Below the pieces are notes generated by a model. It did not search any database. It saw only the letters and a program-made list of their open reading frames with translations, and was not told the origin of the DNA. DNA of 32,000 nt, taken from Pseudodesulfovibrio piezophilus C1TLV30 (lineage in GTDB: Bacteria; Desulfobacterota; Desulfovibrionia; Desulfovibrionales; Desulfovibrionaceae). Positions 1 to 7,104 of the stretch are shown here, piece by piece. The stretch covers positions 3,392,411-3,424,410 of the forward strand of contig NC_020409.1 of assembly GCF_000341895.1 (NCBI RefSeq), given 5' to 3'. Made by a program: the position numbers and the translations under genes. Position 1 is the first letter of the stretch; every line of letters begins with the position of its first letter.

Positions 1-203
1 CGATTGAGCTGGTCCTGCATTGCCGTATCGAATGGGGAGTAAACAGGAGTGGCTTCAAAAGAAACCGACTTGCGACGATAGGGGCCGCCTTCCAGAGTCT
101 TGGTGGTCCTGATGTTGGCCATATTCATGGATATAACATTCAGGTTGGCGCGTTGAGCCGTGAGGCCGGATGCGCCGATATCCAGTGCTGTCATGAAGTC
201 CAT
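1..203 (-). CDS. flgC: Flagellar basal-body rod protein FlgC, N-terminal part only (gene runs off the left edge of the window)
   Basis: Truncated, so absent from the ORF track. Hand translation of the minus strand from ATG at 203..201 gives MDFMTALDIGASGLTAQRANLNVISMNMANIRTTKTLEGGPYRRKSVSFEATPVYSPFDTAMQDQLN... This shows the rod-protein N-terminal motif (SGL.A....L.V...N.AN) followed by a FlgC-type GGPYRRK block. The ATG overlaps the flgB stop (TAATG), the usual flgB-flgC coupling. Confidence 0.8.
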   Translation of the reverse strand, partial: MDFMTALDIGASGLTAQRANLNVISMNMANIRTTKTLEGGPYRRKSVSFEATPVYSPFDTAMQDQLN

Positions 204-613
204 TACTTAGCTCCGTCTTGTATTGCCTTCTGTATGCCGGTGAAATTCTTTCGAATGATATCGGCGAGGGCGTTGTACATCATGCCGTTCTTGGTCATCA
301 CGGTCATTTCCTTATCCAGGTCTACGGAATCCTCACCATAAATCTGGCGTGGCTTGAAATCCTTTATTGCGTCCCCTTCAAACCCCTCGGCATCAAATGT
401 CGCTGGCAAGTGGTTTTTTGAGGTGCGGGTCATCTTTCCGTGAGCATCCTGGTTGAGGGCGCTCTGCAACTGGGCTTCAAATTCCAGTCGGCGCGCCTTG
501 TAGGCAGGTGTATTCACGTTGGAGATGTTGCCCATGACGAGATTTTGACGTTCCAGGCGCATGTCCATGACCTTTGCTGTCAATTCTATGTGGCTTTCAA
601 AAATTCCCTTCAT
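203..613 (-). CDS. flgB: Flagellar basal-body rod protein FlgB
   Basis: 136-aa ORF with a FlgB-like N-terminus (LERQNLVMGNISNVNTPAYKARRLEFE) and a rod-protein C-terminal helix (MTKNGMMYNALADIIRK). AGGAG lies about 9 nt upstream of the ATG. flgC follows directly. Confidence 0.9.
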   Translation of the reverse strand: MKGIFESHIELTAKVMDMRLERQNLVMGNISNVNTPAYKARRLEFEAQLQSALNQDAHGKMTRTSKNHLPATFDAEGFEGDAIKDFKPRQIYGEDSVDLDKEMTVMTKNGMMYNALADIIRKNFTGIQKAIQDGAK

Positions 614-962
614 GTCTTGGTACTCCTACGTTTTTTCCTGATCAGAGATCGTAGCGGGCATATTTTTCCGCCAAACTCGCAAGAGGATTAGCAACTAGCG
701 TTCCAAATTCGTATTCATTTGATTTTAAAGAAAAAAAGGGTCACAAGTGTGGCGAGAGAGATGTTTGTCAAAAAAATCTCAATCGAGCCATGCTGGTCAT
801 GGAATATTCTCGTTGGGCAGAAAATGCCTTTACTTAAGGAATGTTAAGATGTGGAGCCTTTTGGGCTGAGGGGGGAGTGGATGAATTTGTATTATAATTA
901 TGGTATGTTGCCTGATTGTTTCTCTTGTCTTAACAAAAATTGATTTAGTTTGGTGAATGTTT

Positions 963-978
963 TGGCACATTGGTTGCT
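963..978 (+). promoter_or_regulatory. Sigma-54 (RpoN) -24/-12 promoter, TGGCAC-ATTGG-TTGCT
   Basis: Exact match to the TGGCAC-N5-TTGCW consensus, with GG and GC at the canonical spacing. It lies in the 446-bp AT-rich divergent region, 82 nt upstream of the ATG at 1060 of the TPR gene. Confidence 0.55.
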
Positions 979-1059
979 AGGACTGGTCGCGGGCCAAATG
1001 TGGCCTGTGAGATTTTTTCAGCCCGGCCACCGGGTAAAGGAGAAATGGAGGGGAACGTC

Positions 1060-1623
1060 ATGAGTGGACATCTCGATTATGAAATTAACAAGGAACTTGG
1101 CGAATGCTACCTTTTCATGGGTGAGCTGGACAAGGCTGAAGAGTATTATCGGAAAGCCGTCAGTTCGAATGGCATTCACCCCGACCCGTATCTTGGTTTG
1201 GCCACGGTTGCCGTTCAACGCGGACAACTGGATGATGCCATTCTGATGTACGAGAAGGCTCACAAGATTGAACCATCTGACAAAAGTCTTTCCGGGATAG
1301 CGCTCATCAAGATGGAAAACGGCGATAAGGTGGAGGCTTTCTCCATGTTCGTCGAGGCCGTCAAAATGAATCCCGAAAACATGGTCGCCCTGTTCTCATT
1401 GATCAGGCTCGGCCATGAACTGGATCGTGTGGCAGACATCGTCCCGTACCTCAAGAACTGCCTTGAGGTCGATTCCAACAAGCATGAGGTGCGTTATTCC
1501 CTCGCAGGCTGCTATGTCTGCCTGGAGAAGAAGGACGAAGCCAGGGAACAGCTTGAGGCTCTCCTCGAAATGGACCCGAACTTCGATGCCGCCTCTGAGA
1601 TGCTGGCGACGATCCAGTCCTGA
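1060..1623 (+). CDS. Tetratricopeptide-repeat (TPR) protein, about 187 aa
   Basis: Repeated TPR-like 34-aa units (LGECYLFMGELDKAEEYYRKAV; LATVAVQRGQLDDAILMYEKAHKIEP; AFSMFVEAVKMNPEN; LAGCYVCLEKKDEAREQLEALLEMDPN). ATG 1060 is preferred because GGAGGGG lies 6 nt upstream. The track start at 970 (TTG) falls inside the sigma-54 promoter. ATG 1045 has its SD only 2 nt away. Confidence 0.8.
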   Translation: MSGHLDYEINKELGECYLFMGELDKAEEYYRKAVSSNGIHPDPYLGLATVAVQRGQLDDAILMYEKAHKIEPSDKSLSGIALIKMENGDKVEAFSMFVEAVKMNPENMVALFSLIRLGHELDRVADIVPYLKNCLEVDSNKHEVRYSLAGCYVCLEKKDEAREQLEALLEMDPNFDAASEMLATIQS

Positions 1624-1644
1624 TACAGGTCTCCCCTCCCCGTT

Positions 1645-1686
1645 GATTTCCCGTTCCGTTTGCGTGTGCGGATGGAACGGGAAATC
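1645..1686 (+). repeat. Perfect 13-bp inverted repeat (GATTTCCCGTTCC / GGAACGGGAAATC, 16-nt loop) 22 nt after the TPR stop; possible terminator or processing hairpin, no U-tract
   Basis: Read directly from the sequence. No T-run follows it. Confidence 0.35.
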
Positions 1687-1909
1687 AGCCTCTGAGGTTG
1701 ATCCTGGGGGAAGACATATGCTTTCGACACCCGAGTTTTCCGATTGGTGCACCATGCGTCCTCCGGGAAGGTCGAGTTCGATGGTATTTGTTTTGCGTAT
1801 CGATTGAATCTCTCCTGTGGCCTATGTGATAGGGTACAAAGACTCAAGCAGCTTGCCTTATGGCAGCAAATCTGGCACAGCCCTTCAAAACATAAAGCGA
1901 GGACTGTGC

Positions 1910-2506
1910 ATGAATCTATTGCCTGTCAAAAGAGCAATCCTGTCTGTCACCGACAAAACCGGACTTGCTGAATTCGGCCGTTTCCTATCTGACCATGGGT
2001 GTGAACTTGTTTCCACAGGTGGAACCAAGAAGATGCTCTCCGAAGTCGGACTTCCCGTCACATCCGTTAGCGACATCACTGATTTTCCGGAAATTCTCGG
2101 TGGTCGGGTTAAAACCCTGCATCCCCACATTCATGGTGGCATCCTGGCCGACAAGGATGATGAAGGACATATGGAGACCTTGCGAGAGTTCGGAATCGAG
2201 ACCTTTGATCTGATCTGTGTCAATCTCTACAATTTCGCCGACGCAGTCAGTAAAGGGTTGGACCTCAAAGCTGCAGTCGAGCAGATTGATATCGGTGGTC
2301 CGACCATGCTTCGCGCTTCTGCCAAAAACTTTCACTCCATCCTTGTGGTGCCTGATCCGCAGTATTATCCTCGTATTCAGAAGGAAATTGAGGAAAATGG
2401 CGGAATCTCACTGGAACTGAGAAAAGAGATGGCTGCTCTGACCTTCAAATTGGTCAGTGAATACGACGCCATGATTACCAGGTATCTTTCTGAAAACGAT
2501 GCCTAG
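1910..2506 (+). CDS. purH: Stand-alone IMP cyclohydrolase (MGS-like N-terminal domain of bifunctional PurH)
   Basis: KRAILSVTDKTGLAEFGRFLSDHGCELVSTGGTKKML...FPEILGGRVKTLHPHIHGGILA...IDIGGPTMLRASAKN are the hallmark PurH IMPCH-domain blocks. The protein stops after about 198 aa with no AICARFT domain. GAGGA lies 8 nt upstream of ATG 1910. Confidence 0.85.
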   Translation: MNLLPVKRAILSVTDKTGLAEFGRFLSDHGCELVSTGGTKKMLSEVGLPVTSVSDITDFPEILGGRVKTLHPHIHGGILADKDDEGHMETLREFGIETFDLICVNLYNFADAVSKGLDLKAAVEQIDIGGPTMLRASAKNFHSILVVPDPQYYPRIQKEIEENGGISLELRKEMAALTFKLVSEYDAMITRYLSENDA

Positions 2507-2736
2507 CACTCCCATCGACTTCGGGCAGCTATGACTGCCGTGAGAGGACGTTGGCACCTGGTTGCGGCAGGGCAACGGTCTCGTGAAGTCAGAAGGACCA
2601 GGGAAGGCATATGCCGGTCCGAAATGGAATTATCTGTTTTTCCCGCCCTTGAGACGGGACCGTCAGGGCTGCCTATGGCCTTGCAAGATCGAGGAGTAAC
2701 ACCATCGCTCAGAAGCCAAAGGGCAACCTTCAGGGG

Positions 2737-4326
2737 TTGAAACCCAACCAGATCAAGCGGCTTTCCCGCCTGTATCAACGTCAGTTTCCCATGAATGGGA
2801 ACTACACGAATGAACAAGCCAGAGAATTGGCCGAGTTGACGACTGACATTGGTCGTCAACTCGGTCTTATTGTGGATCGGCAGGGTAAGGTTGTCCTCGT
2901 TTTGGTGGGCGACAACCGATCCATATATATTCCTGAATTACCCCGAACCCGAATGGCCTCCGGACGGTTGCGCGGCTTGCGCCTGCTGCATACCCATCTG
3001 GGTGAAGAGACGCTTTCACAGGAAGACCTCATGGATATGGTTTTTTTGCGTCTTGACTCGGTGACGGCCATTAATGTTGTCGAGGGCTTTCCGGAAACAG
3101 CCCAGGCTGCCCACCTGCTTCCTCCCAATCCCGATGAAAAGAGTTATGAGATATTTTCACCGGTTCGTTGGGATCGTATGGAACTTGATTTGGGGCAGAT
3201 TGTCGAAGCGCTTGAAGATGAATTCAGCCGACAGTTGGATGCCCGAGACATCGGAACCGAAGAGAATCGTGTGCTTTTGGTCAGTGTGGACAAGACTTCG
3301 CGGCCTGTGCAGGAGCTTTCTCTGGAAGAGTTGGCCGAATTGGCTGATACCGCCGGGTTGAAGGCTGCTGGCACGATGATTCAGCGGGTTCGAAAGCAGA
3401 ATCCGAAATTTATCATGGGGAAAGGCAAGTTGGCAGAATTGGAGGTCAAGGCACTCCAGGCCAATGCTTCGGTCATTATTTTTGATCAGGAGCTGTCTCC
3501 GACCCAGATTCGAAACCTGGCCGAGATCACGGAACGTAAAATTTTGGATAGAACGCAGCTTATCTTGGATATTTTTGCTCAACACGCCACCAGCGCCTCG
3601 GGCAAGCTCCAGGTCGAGATGGCACAGCTGAAATATACACTGCCTCGTCTGGTGGGCAAGAATCGGGCAATGTCTCGGCTTATGGGCGGTATTGGGGGGC
3701 GGGGACCGGGGGAGACCAAGCTTGAGATTGACCGTCGTCGTGCCAATGAGAGGCTGACTCGTCTGAAAAACGAGTTGAAGCAGGTCCGCAAACGTCGCAC
3801 CCAGACTCGGGAGCGACGGGCCAAGGCCGGATTGCCCATTGTTTCCCTGGTCGGCTATACCAATGCTGGCAAATCGACACTCCTCAATACGTTGACTCAA
3901 TCCAAGGTGCTCGCCGAAGACAAGCTGTTCGCGACACTTGACCCGACTAGTCGGCGTATTCGTTTTCCTCAGGAGCGGGAAGTCGTTCTGACGGATACCG
4001 TTGGATTTATTCGTCGGTTGCCACCGGATCTCAAGGAAGCCTTTAGGGCGACATTGGAAGAATTGGAGTCTGCCGATCTGTTGGTTCTCGTTTGTGATGC
4101 CTCGCATCCTGAGGTTGAAGAGCAGGTTGAGGCTGTTCGAGCCATTCTCAGGGAAATGGATCTGGATGAGATTCCAGCCATCCTTGTGCTCAACAAGTGG
4201 GATCAGTTGGATGAGGACTCTCGCGAAACCATGCAGAATGTCTTTCCTGAGGGCATCCCGGCAGTTGCTGTGGATCGCCCGACTCTGGAACCTGTCGTCA
4301 ATGCCATTCTGGAGCGCCTCGGCTAG
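2737..4326 (+). CDS. hflX: GTPase HflX
   Basis: HflX N-domain block [27 protein letters not shown]. GTPase motifs G1 [10 protein letters not shown]3 DTVGF and G4 NKWD. Starts at TTG; the upstream frame is closed. Confidence 0.9.
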   Translation: MKPNQIKRLSRLYQRQFPMNGNYTNEQARELAELTTDIGRQLGLIVDRQGKVVLVLVGDNRSIYIPELPRTRMASGRLRGLRLLHTHLGEETLSQEDLMDMVFLRLDSVTAINVVEGFPETAQAAHLLPPNPDEKSYEIFSPVRWDRMELDLGQIVEALEDEFSRQLDARDIGTEENRVLLVSVDKTSRPVQELSLEELAELADTAGLKAAGTMIQRVRKQNPKFIMGKGKLAELEVKALQANASVIIFDQELSPTQIRNLAEITERKILDRTQLILDIFAQHATSASGKLQVEMAQLKYTLPRLVGKNRAMSRLMGGIGGRGPGETKLEIDRRRANERLTRLKNELKQVRKRRTQTRERRAKAGLPIVSLVGYTNAGKSTLLNTLTQSKVLAEDKLFATLDPTSRRIRFPQEREVVLTDTVGFIRRLPPDLKEAFRATLEELESADLLVLVCDASHPEVEEQVEAVRAILREMDLDEIPAILVLNKWDQLDEDSRETMQNVFPEGIPAVAVDRPTLEPVVNAILERLG

Positions 4327-4444
4327 ATTGTTCGGGCTTTTACCGGGAATCTTTGCTGGGGGTTGTTTCTCCTGCGCCTTGCCTGTAAGCTTTGAGGAGT
4401 GTCAAGAAGGTCTCTTGCTCTCTGACTTTAACCTCGTGGTGGCT

Positions 4445-5245
4445 ATGATTGACCAGACTGTTATCCATTTTCATATCCCTAAGACAGCGGGAAGCACCAT
4501 AAATTCCATTCTTGTCCCGGCATTTGATCGAGACGAGGTCTTTTTGTGCGGGGACAATAAGCTGCACTTGAGCCACTGGGAGAGCAATGTTCACTTTGCC
4601 GGGCTTTCGCCGGAAGAACAGGCTCCTTTTCGATATATTGCCGGGCATGTTGAATATTTTCTTCTTGAAAGCCTGAGGATGCCGCATTTTTCTTTCCTTT
4701 TCCTGCGCAATCCTATTGAGAGGCTTGTCTCTATGTATTATTTCGTCAAGGGACATGAGGGGCATCATCTGCATTCGAAAGTCGTTGATGAAGAATTGAC
4801 TTTGGCGGAGTTTGTCTCAACCGGTTTGTGGCATGAGTTGGATAACGGTATGTGCAGGCGGCTCTCCGGTGTGGCCAATTCGGTTCCCATCGGTCAGTGT
4901 GGAGAGGACGTCCTGCGGCGGGCACAGTATAATCTGGAGAATAATTTTTCATTCATAGGGTTTCAGGAACGTTTTGATGAGTCCCTTTTCCTTCTGCTCT
5001 CTTTTCTCGATGCCCTGGATGGGTTGGACTATCAGAGCCAGAATGTGACCGATAAACGAAAGAAAGCCAAACGGATAACGTCTGAGGAGAAAAAAGCGCT
5101 TATGGCCGTCAATTCTCTTGATCTTGAACTCTATGCTTTTGGACGTGAGCTTTACAGGAGTCGCTATGCTCCTTTTCTTCAGAAGTTTGCCCGTCCCCTT
5201 GAAAGTTTTAAGAAAGCTCTTTCACTCAAGAAAAAAACAGTCTGA
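4445..5245 (+). CDS. Sulfotransferase family protein (PAPS-dependent, family-2-like)
   Basis: 5'-PSB loop HIPKTAGST near the N-terminus and 3'-PB block LRNPIERLVSMYY. The N-terminal 148 codons of the track ORF overlap hflX and are rejected. Start is ATG 4445; alternatives are TTG 4415 and GTG 4436. Confidence 0.75.
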   Translation: MIDQTVIHFHIPKTAGSTINSILVPAFDRDEVFLCGDNKLHLSHWESNVHFAGLSPEEQAPFRYIAGHVEYFLLESLRMPHFSFLFLRNPIERLVSMYYFVKGHEGHHLHSKVVDEELTLAEFVSTGLWHELDNGMCRRLSGVANSVPIGQCGEDVLRRAQYNLENNFSFIGFQERFDESLFLLLSFLDALDGLDYQSQNVTDKRKKAKRITSEEKKALMAVNSLDLELYAFGRELYRSRYAPFLQKFARPLESFKKALSLKKKTV

Positions 5246-6205
5246 TCAGGCACACCCCATTTCTTTGTCCAAGCAGGATTGACACGCAGGGTCGAGTTGG
5301 TCTTTTTCATAGGAAGAATCGCATTCGAGTGGTTCCACATGAATGGTGACTTCCGACTGTTCCAGGGCTGATTCGATTTCCTTTTCAATCAGACAGCAAA
5401 GGTCGTGCGCTCCTAGAACTGACATGGCTCCAGGGACAAGCAAATGAAAATCGATAAATCGGCATGGGCCGGATTTTCGGGTTCGTAATCCATGGAAAGT
5501 GGCATCAGCTCCTTGGTGTTTCCTGATAGCTGCCCCAATAATTTGGAGTTCTTCGGGAGGCAGGGCGTCGTCCATCAGACCTCCGATGGACCGTTTGATG
5601 AGGCTGATGCCCGTGAAGACGATGTTCACCGCCATGAGGCACGCTATTATCGGATCAAGAATCTGCCATTGCGGGACCAGCAGGATGATTGCAAGTCCTC
5701 CGACAAGTCCCACGGATGTCCAGACATCGGTCAGGAGGTGTTTCGCATCAGCCTCCAGGGTAATGGAGTCAAATCGTTTGGCAGCACGGAGCATGGTCTT
5801 TGCGGTGCCGTAATTGATCAGCGATGACAGGAGTGCCAGCCCAAGACCTATTCCAAGATGCCCCAGCACCTGTGGATTGTTGAATCTCTCTATGGAGGCA
5901 TAGGCTATGGCACAGGCGGCGATGATGATCAGGACACCCTCGATTCCGCTTGAGAAATATTCAGCTTTGCCGTGCCCGTAAGTATGGTCGGTATCAGCTG
6001 GTCGCATTGCTATGGTTATGACAGTCAGTGCCATAAGTGCGGCTGTGAGGTTGACGATTGATTCCGTTGCATCAGAGAGGAGGCCGACTGATCCGGTCAT
6101 TCCCCATGCGCCGAATTTAAGCCCCAGTGTCAGAATGGAAGCCATAATGGAATAGATGGCGTATCGCTGTGGTGAATCCTTGAGGCGGGTCGCTCTTCCG
6201 GCCAT
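5246..6205 (-). CDS. Cation diffusion facilitator (CDF) family metal efflux transporter
   Basis: Six predicted TM segments with CDF signature sites (LLSDATESIVN in TM2, KHLLTDVWTSVG in TM5) and a cytoplasmic C-terminal domain (FHGLRTRKSGPCRFIDFHLLVP). Start re-picked to ATG 6205 (MAGRATRL), with AAGGA 7 nt upstream. Confidence 0.85.
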   Translation of the reverse strand: MAGRATRLKDSPQRYAIYSIMASILTLGLKFGAWGMTGSVGLLSDATESIVNLTAALMALTVITIAMRPADTDHTYGHGKAEYFSSGIEGVLIIIAACAIAYASIERFNNPQVLGHLGIGLGLALLSSLINYGTAKTMLRAAKRFDSITLEADAKHLLTDVWTSVGLVGGLAIILLVPQWQILDPIIACLMAVNIVFTGISLIKRSIGGLMDDALPPEELQIIGAAIRKHQGADATFHGLRTRKSGPCRFIDFHLLVPGAMSVLGAHDLCCLIEKEIESALEQSEVTIHVEPLECDSSYEKDQLDPACQSCLDKEMGCA

Positions 6206-6375
6206 GGGGTGTCCTTTTTTGTTCTGTGAGTAGTTAGTCAGATATTCATGGAAGGTAGGGCGATGCTGAGCACTCGTCAAGGGTGAGAGAAAAACTCTCA
6301 TGCGAAAAAGGGTGCATGCAAATTGGTTTCGGCACGAGAGAAACCATTTGGAGATACAGTGAGTTCCATATGAGA

Positions 6376-6405
6376 AAGCCGGAATGCCATTTGGCATTCC
6401 GGCTT
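6376..6405 (-). terminator. Rho-independent terminator downstream of plsY
   Basis: Perfect 14-bp palindrome AAGCCGGAATGCCA-TT-TGGCATTCCGGCTT, 22 nt after the plsY stop. It is followed on the minus strand by TTTCTC. Confidence 0.6.
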
Positions 6406-6426
6406 GTATCTCACGCGGATGGATGG

Positions 6427-7017
6427 TTAAACTTTAGGCTTGAGCCAAGGGTTCTCTTCTCCCCGAGCAAGCCGGTAAATATTTTCTTTATGCCGCCAGA
6501 ACAGCAGGAGCATGACGATCATCGCAGCTGGGATGAAGGCAAAATTTCCTGTAAGGAACATGAACACCGGCAGCGACAGTGCCAGTGTCAGAGACCCCAT
6601 GGACACATGGCCGGAAATGGCAATAGTCACAAGGCACAGCAAAGACGAGAAAATGGTTCCCCACGGCGAGATTGCGAGAAAAGCGCCTATGGTTGTAGCC
6701 ACGGCTTTGCCTCCTTTGAATTCCATGAAACATGAGAAGGCATGCCCAAAGATGGCGGCCATCAGAATCAGGCTCAGGCCAAAATCGGACTCGATCCAGG
6801 ATGAGGCCATAAAGACGGGGACAAAGCCCTTCGACAAGTCCAGAACGAGGGTGGCTACACCAAACTTCGTGCCACAGAGTCGGGCGACATTTGTGGCCCC
6901 TGTATTTTTGCTCCCATCTTCTCTTGGGTCGATTTTGCATAGTGTTTTTGCAATAAAAAGACCAAAGGGAATGGAACCCAGAACATAGGCGATCACAAGC
7001 CAGATGATGACGGACAT
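6427..7017 (-). CDS. plsY: Glycerol-3-phosphate acyltransferase PlsY
   Basis: LGSIPFGLFIAK, DPREDGSKNTGATNVAR and LDLSKGFVPV are the conserved PlsY blocks. 196 aa, polytopic. Confidence 0.9.
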   Translation of the reverse strand: MSVIIWLVIAYVLGSIPFGLFIAKTLCKIDPREDGSKNTGATNVARLCGTKFGVATLVLDLSKGFVPVFMASSWIESDFGLSLILMAAIFGHAFSCFMEFKGGKAVATTIGAFLAISPWGTIFSSLLCLVTIAISGHVSMGSLTLALSLPVFMFLTGNFAFIPAAMIVMLLLFWRHKENIYRLARGEENPWLKPKV

Positions 7018-7104
7018 AAAGTATTTTCTCCCGAATTCTTAATTGATGCGAACTCATACCGTTTATACATGATGAAAGGAAGCCCCTACAACTCGCCGGA
7101 AGGG

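Noticed and set aside
655-673. Sigma-54-like TGGCGG-AAAAA-TATGC on the minus strand, ~40-60 nt upstream of flgB
   Set aside because: The position is attractive for a flagellar promoter. However, the GG-to-GC distance is one nucleotide too long and the -24 box is imperfect. It is worth a TSS check, but I cannot call it.
970-1059. N-terminal extension of the TPR ORF (track start TTG 970)
   Set aside because: The TTG lies inside the sigma-54 -24/-12 element and would be upstream of the predicted TSS. ATG 1060 has a proper SD.
1872-1886. TGGCAC-AGCCC-TTCA just upstream of the IMP cyclohydrolase gene
   Set aside because: It lacks the near-invariant -12 GC.
2552-2565. Sigma-54-like TGGCAC-CTGG-TTGC upstream of hflX
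   Set aside because: The spacer is 4 nt instead of 5, and sigma-54 promoters are very intolerant of spacing changes.
2507-2736. SRP RNA, 6S RNA or RNase P RNA in the purH-N/hflX spacer
   Set aside because: On either strand I could find no GGAA tetraloop flanked by the conserved SRP domain-IV motif (AGGUCCGGAAGGAAGCAGCC). There is no RNase P GAGGAAAGUCC box. The element is too short and irregular for the 6S long-hairpin architecture. It is kept only as an unclassified structured leader.
3157-4107. 316-aa antisense ORF inside hflX
   Set aside because: It lies fully inside a gene with unmistakable HflX and GTPase motifs. The product is Arg/Ser/Leu/Gln-rich with no recognisable motif and no SD. 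This is the typical shadow ORF of a moderately GC-rich gene.
4001-4444. N-terminal 148 codons of the sulfotransferase ORF
   Set aside because: This stretch overlaps the 3' third of hflX in another frame. The translated sequence is Trp/Cys/Arg-rich, and the sulfotransferase PAPS loop begins right after ATG 4445.
6283-7057. Alternative-frame ORFs around plsY (6283..6735 +, 6488..7057 -, 6512..6988 +)
   Set aside because: All overlap the plsY frame, which has canonical PlsY motifs. Their products are compositionally implausible.
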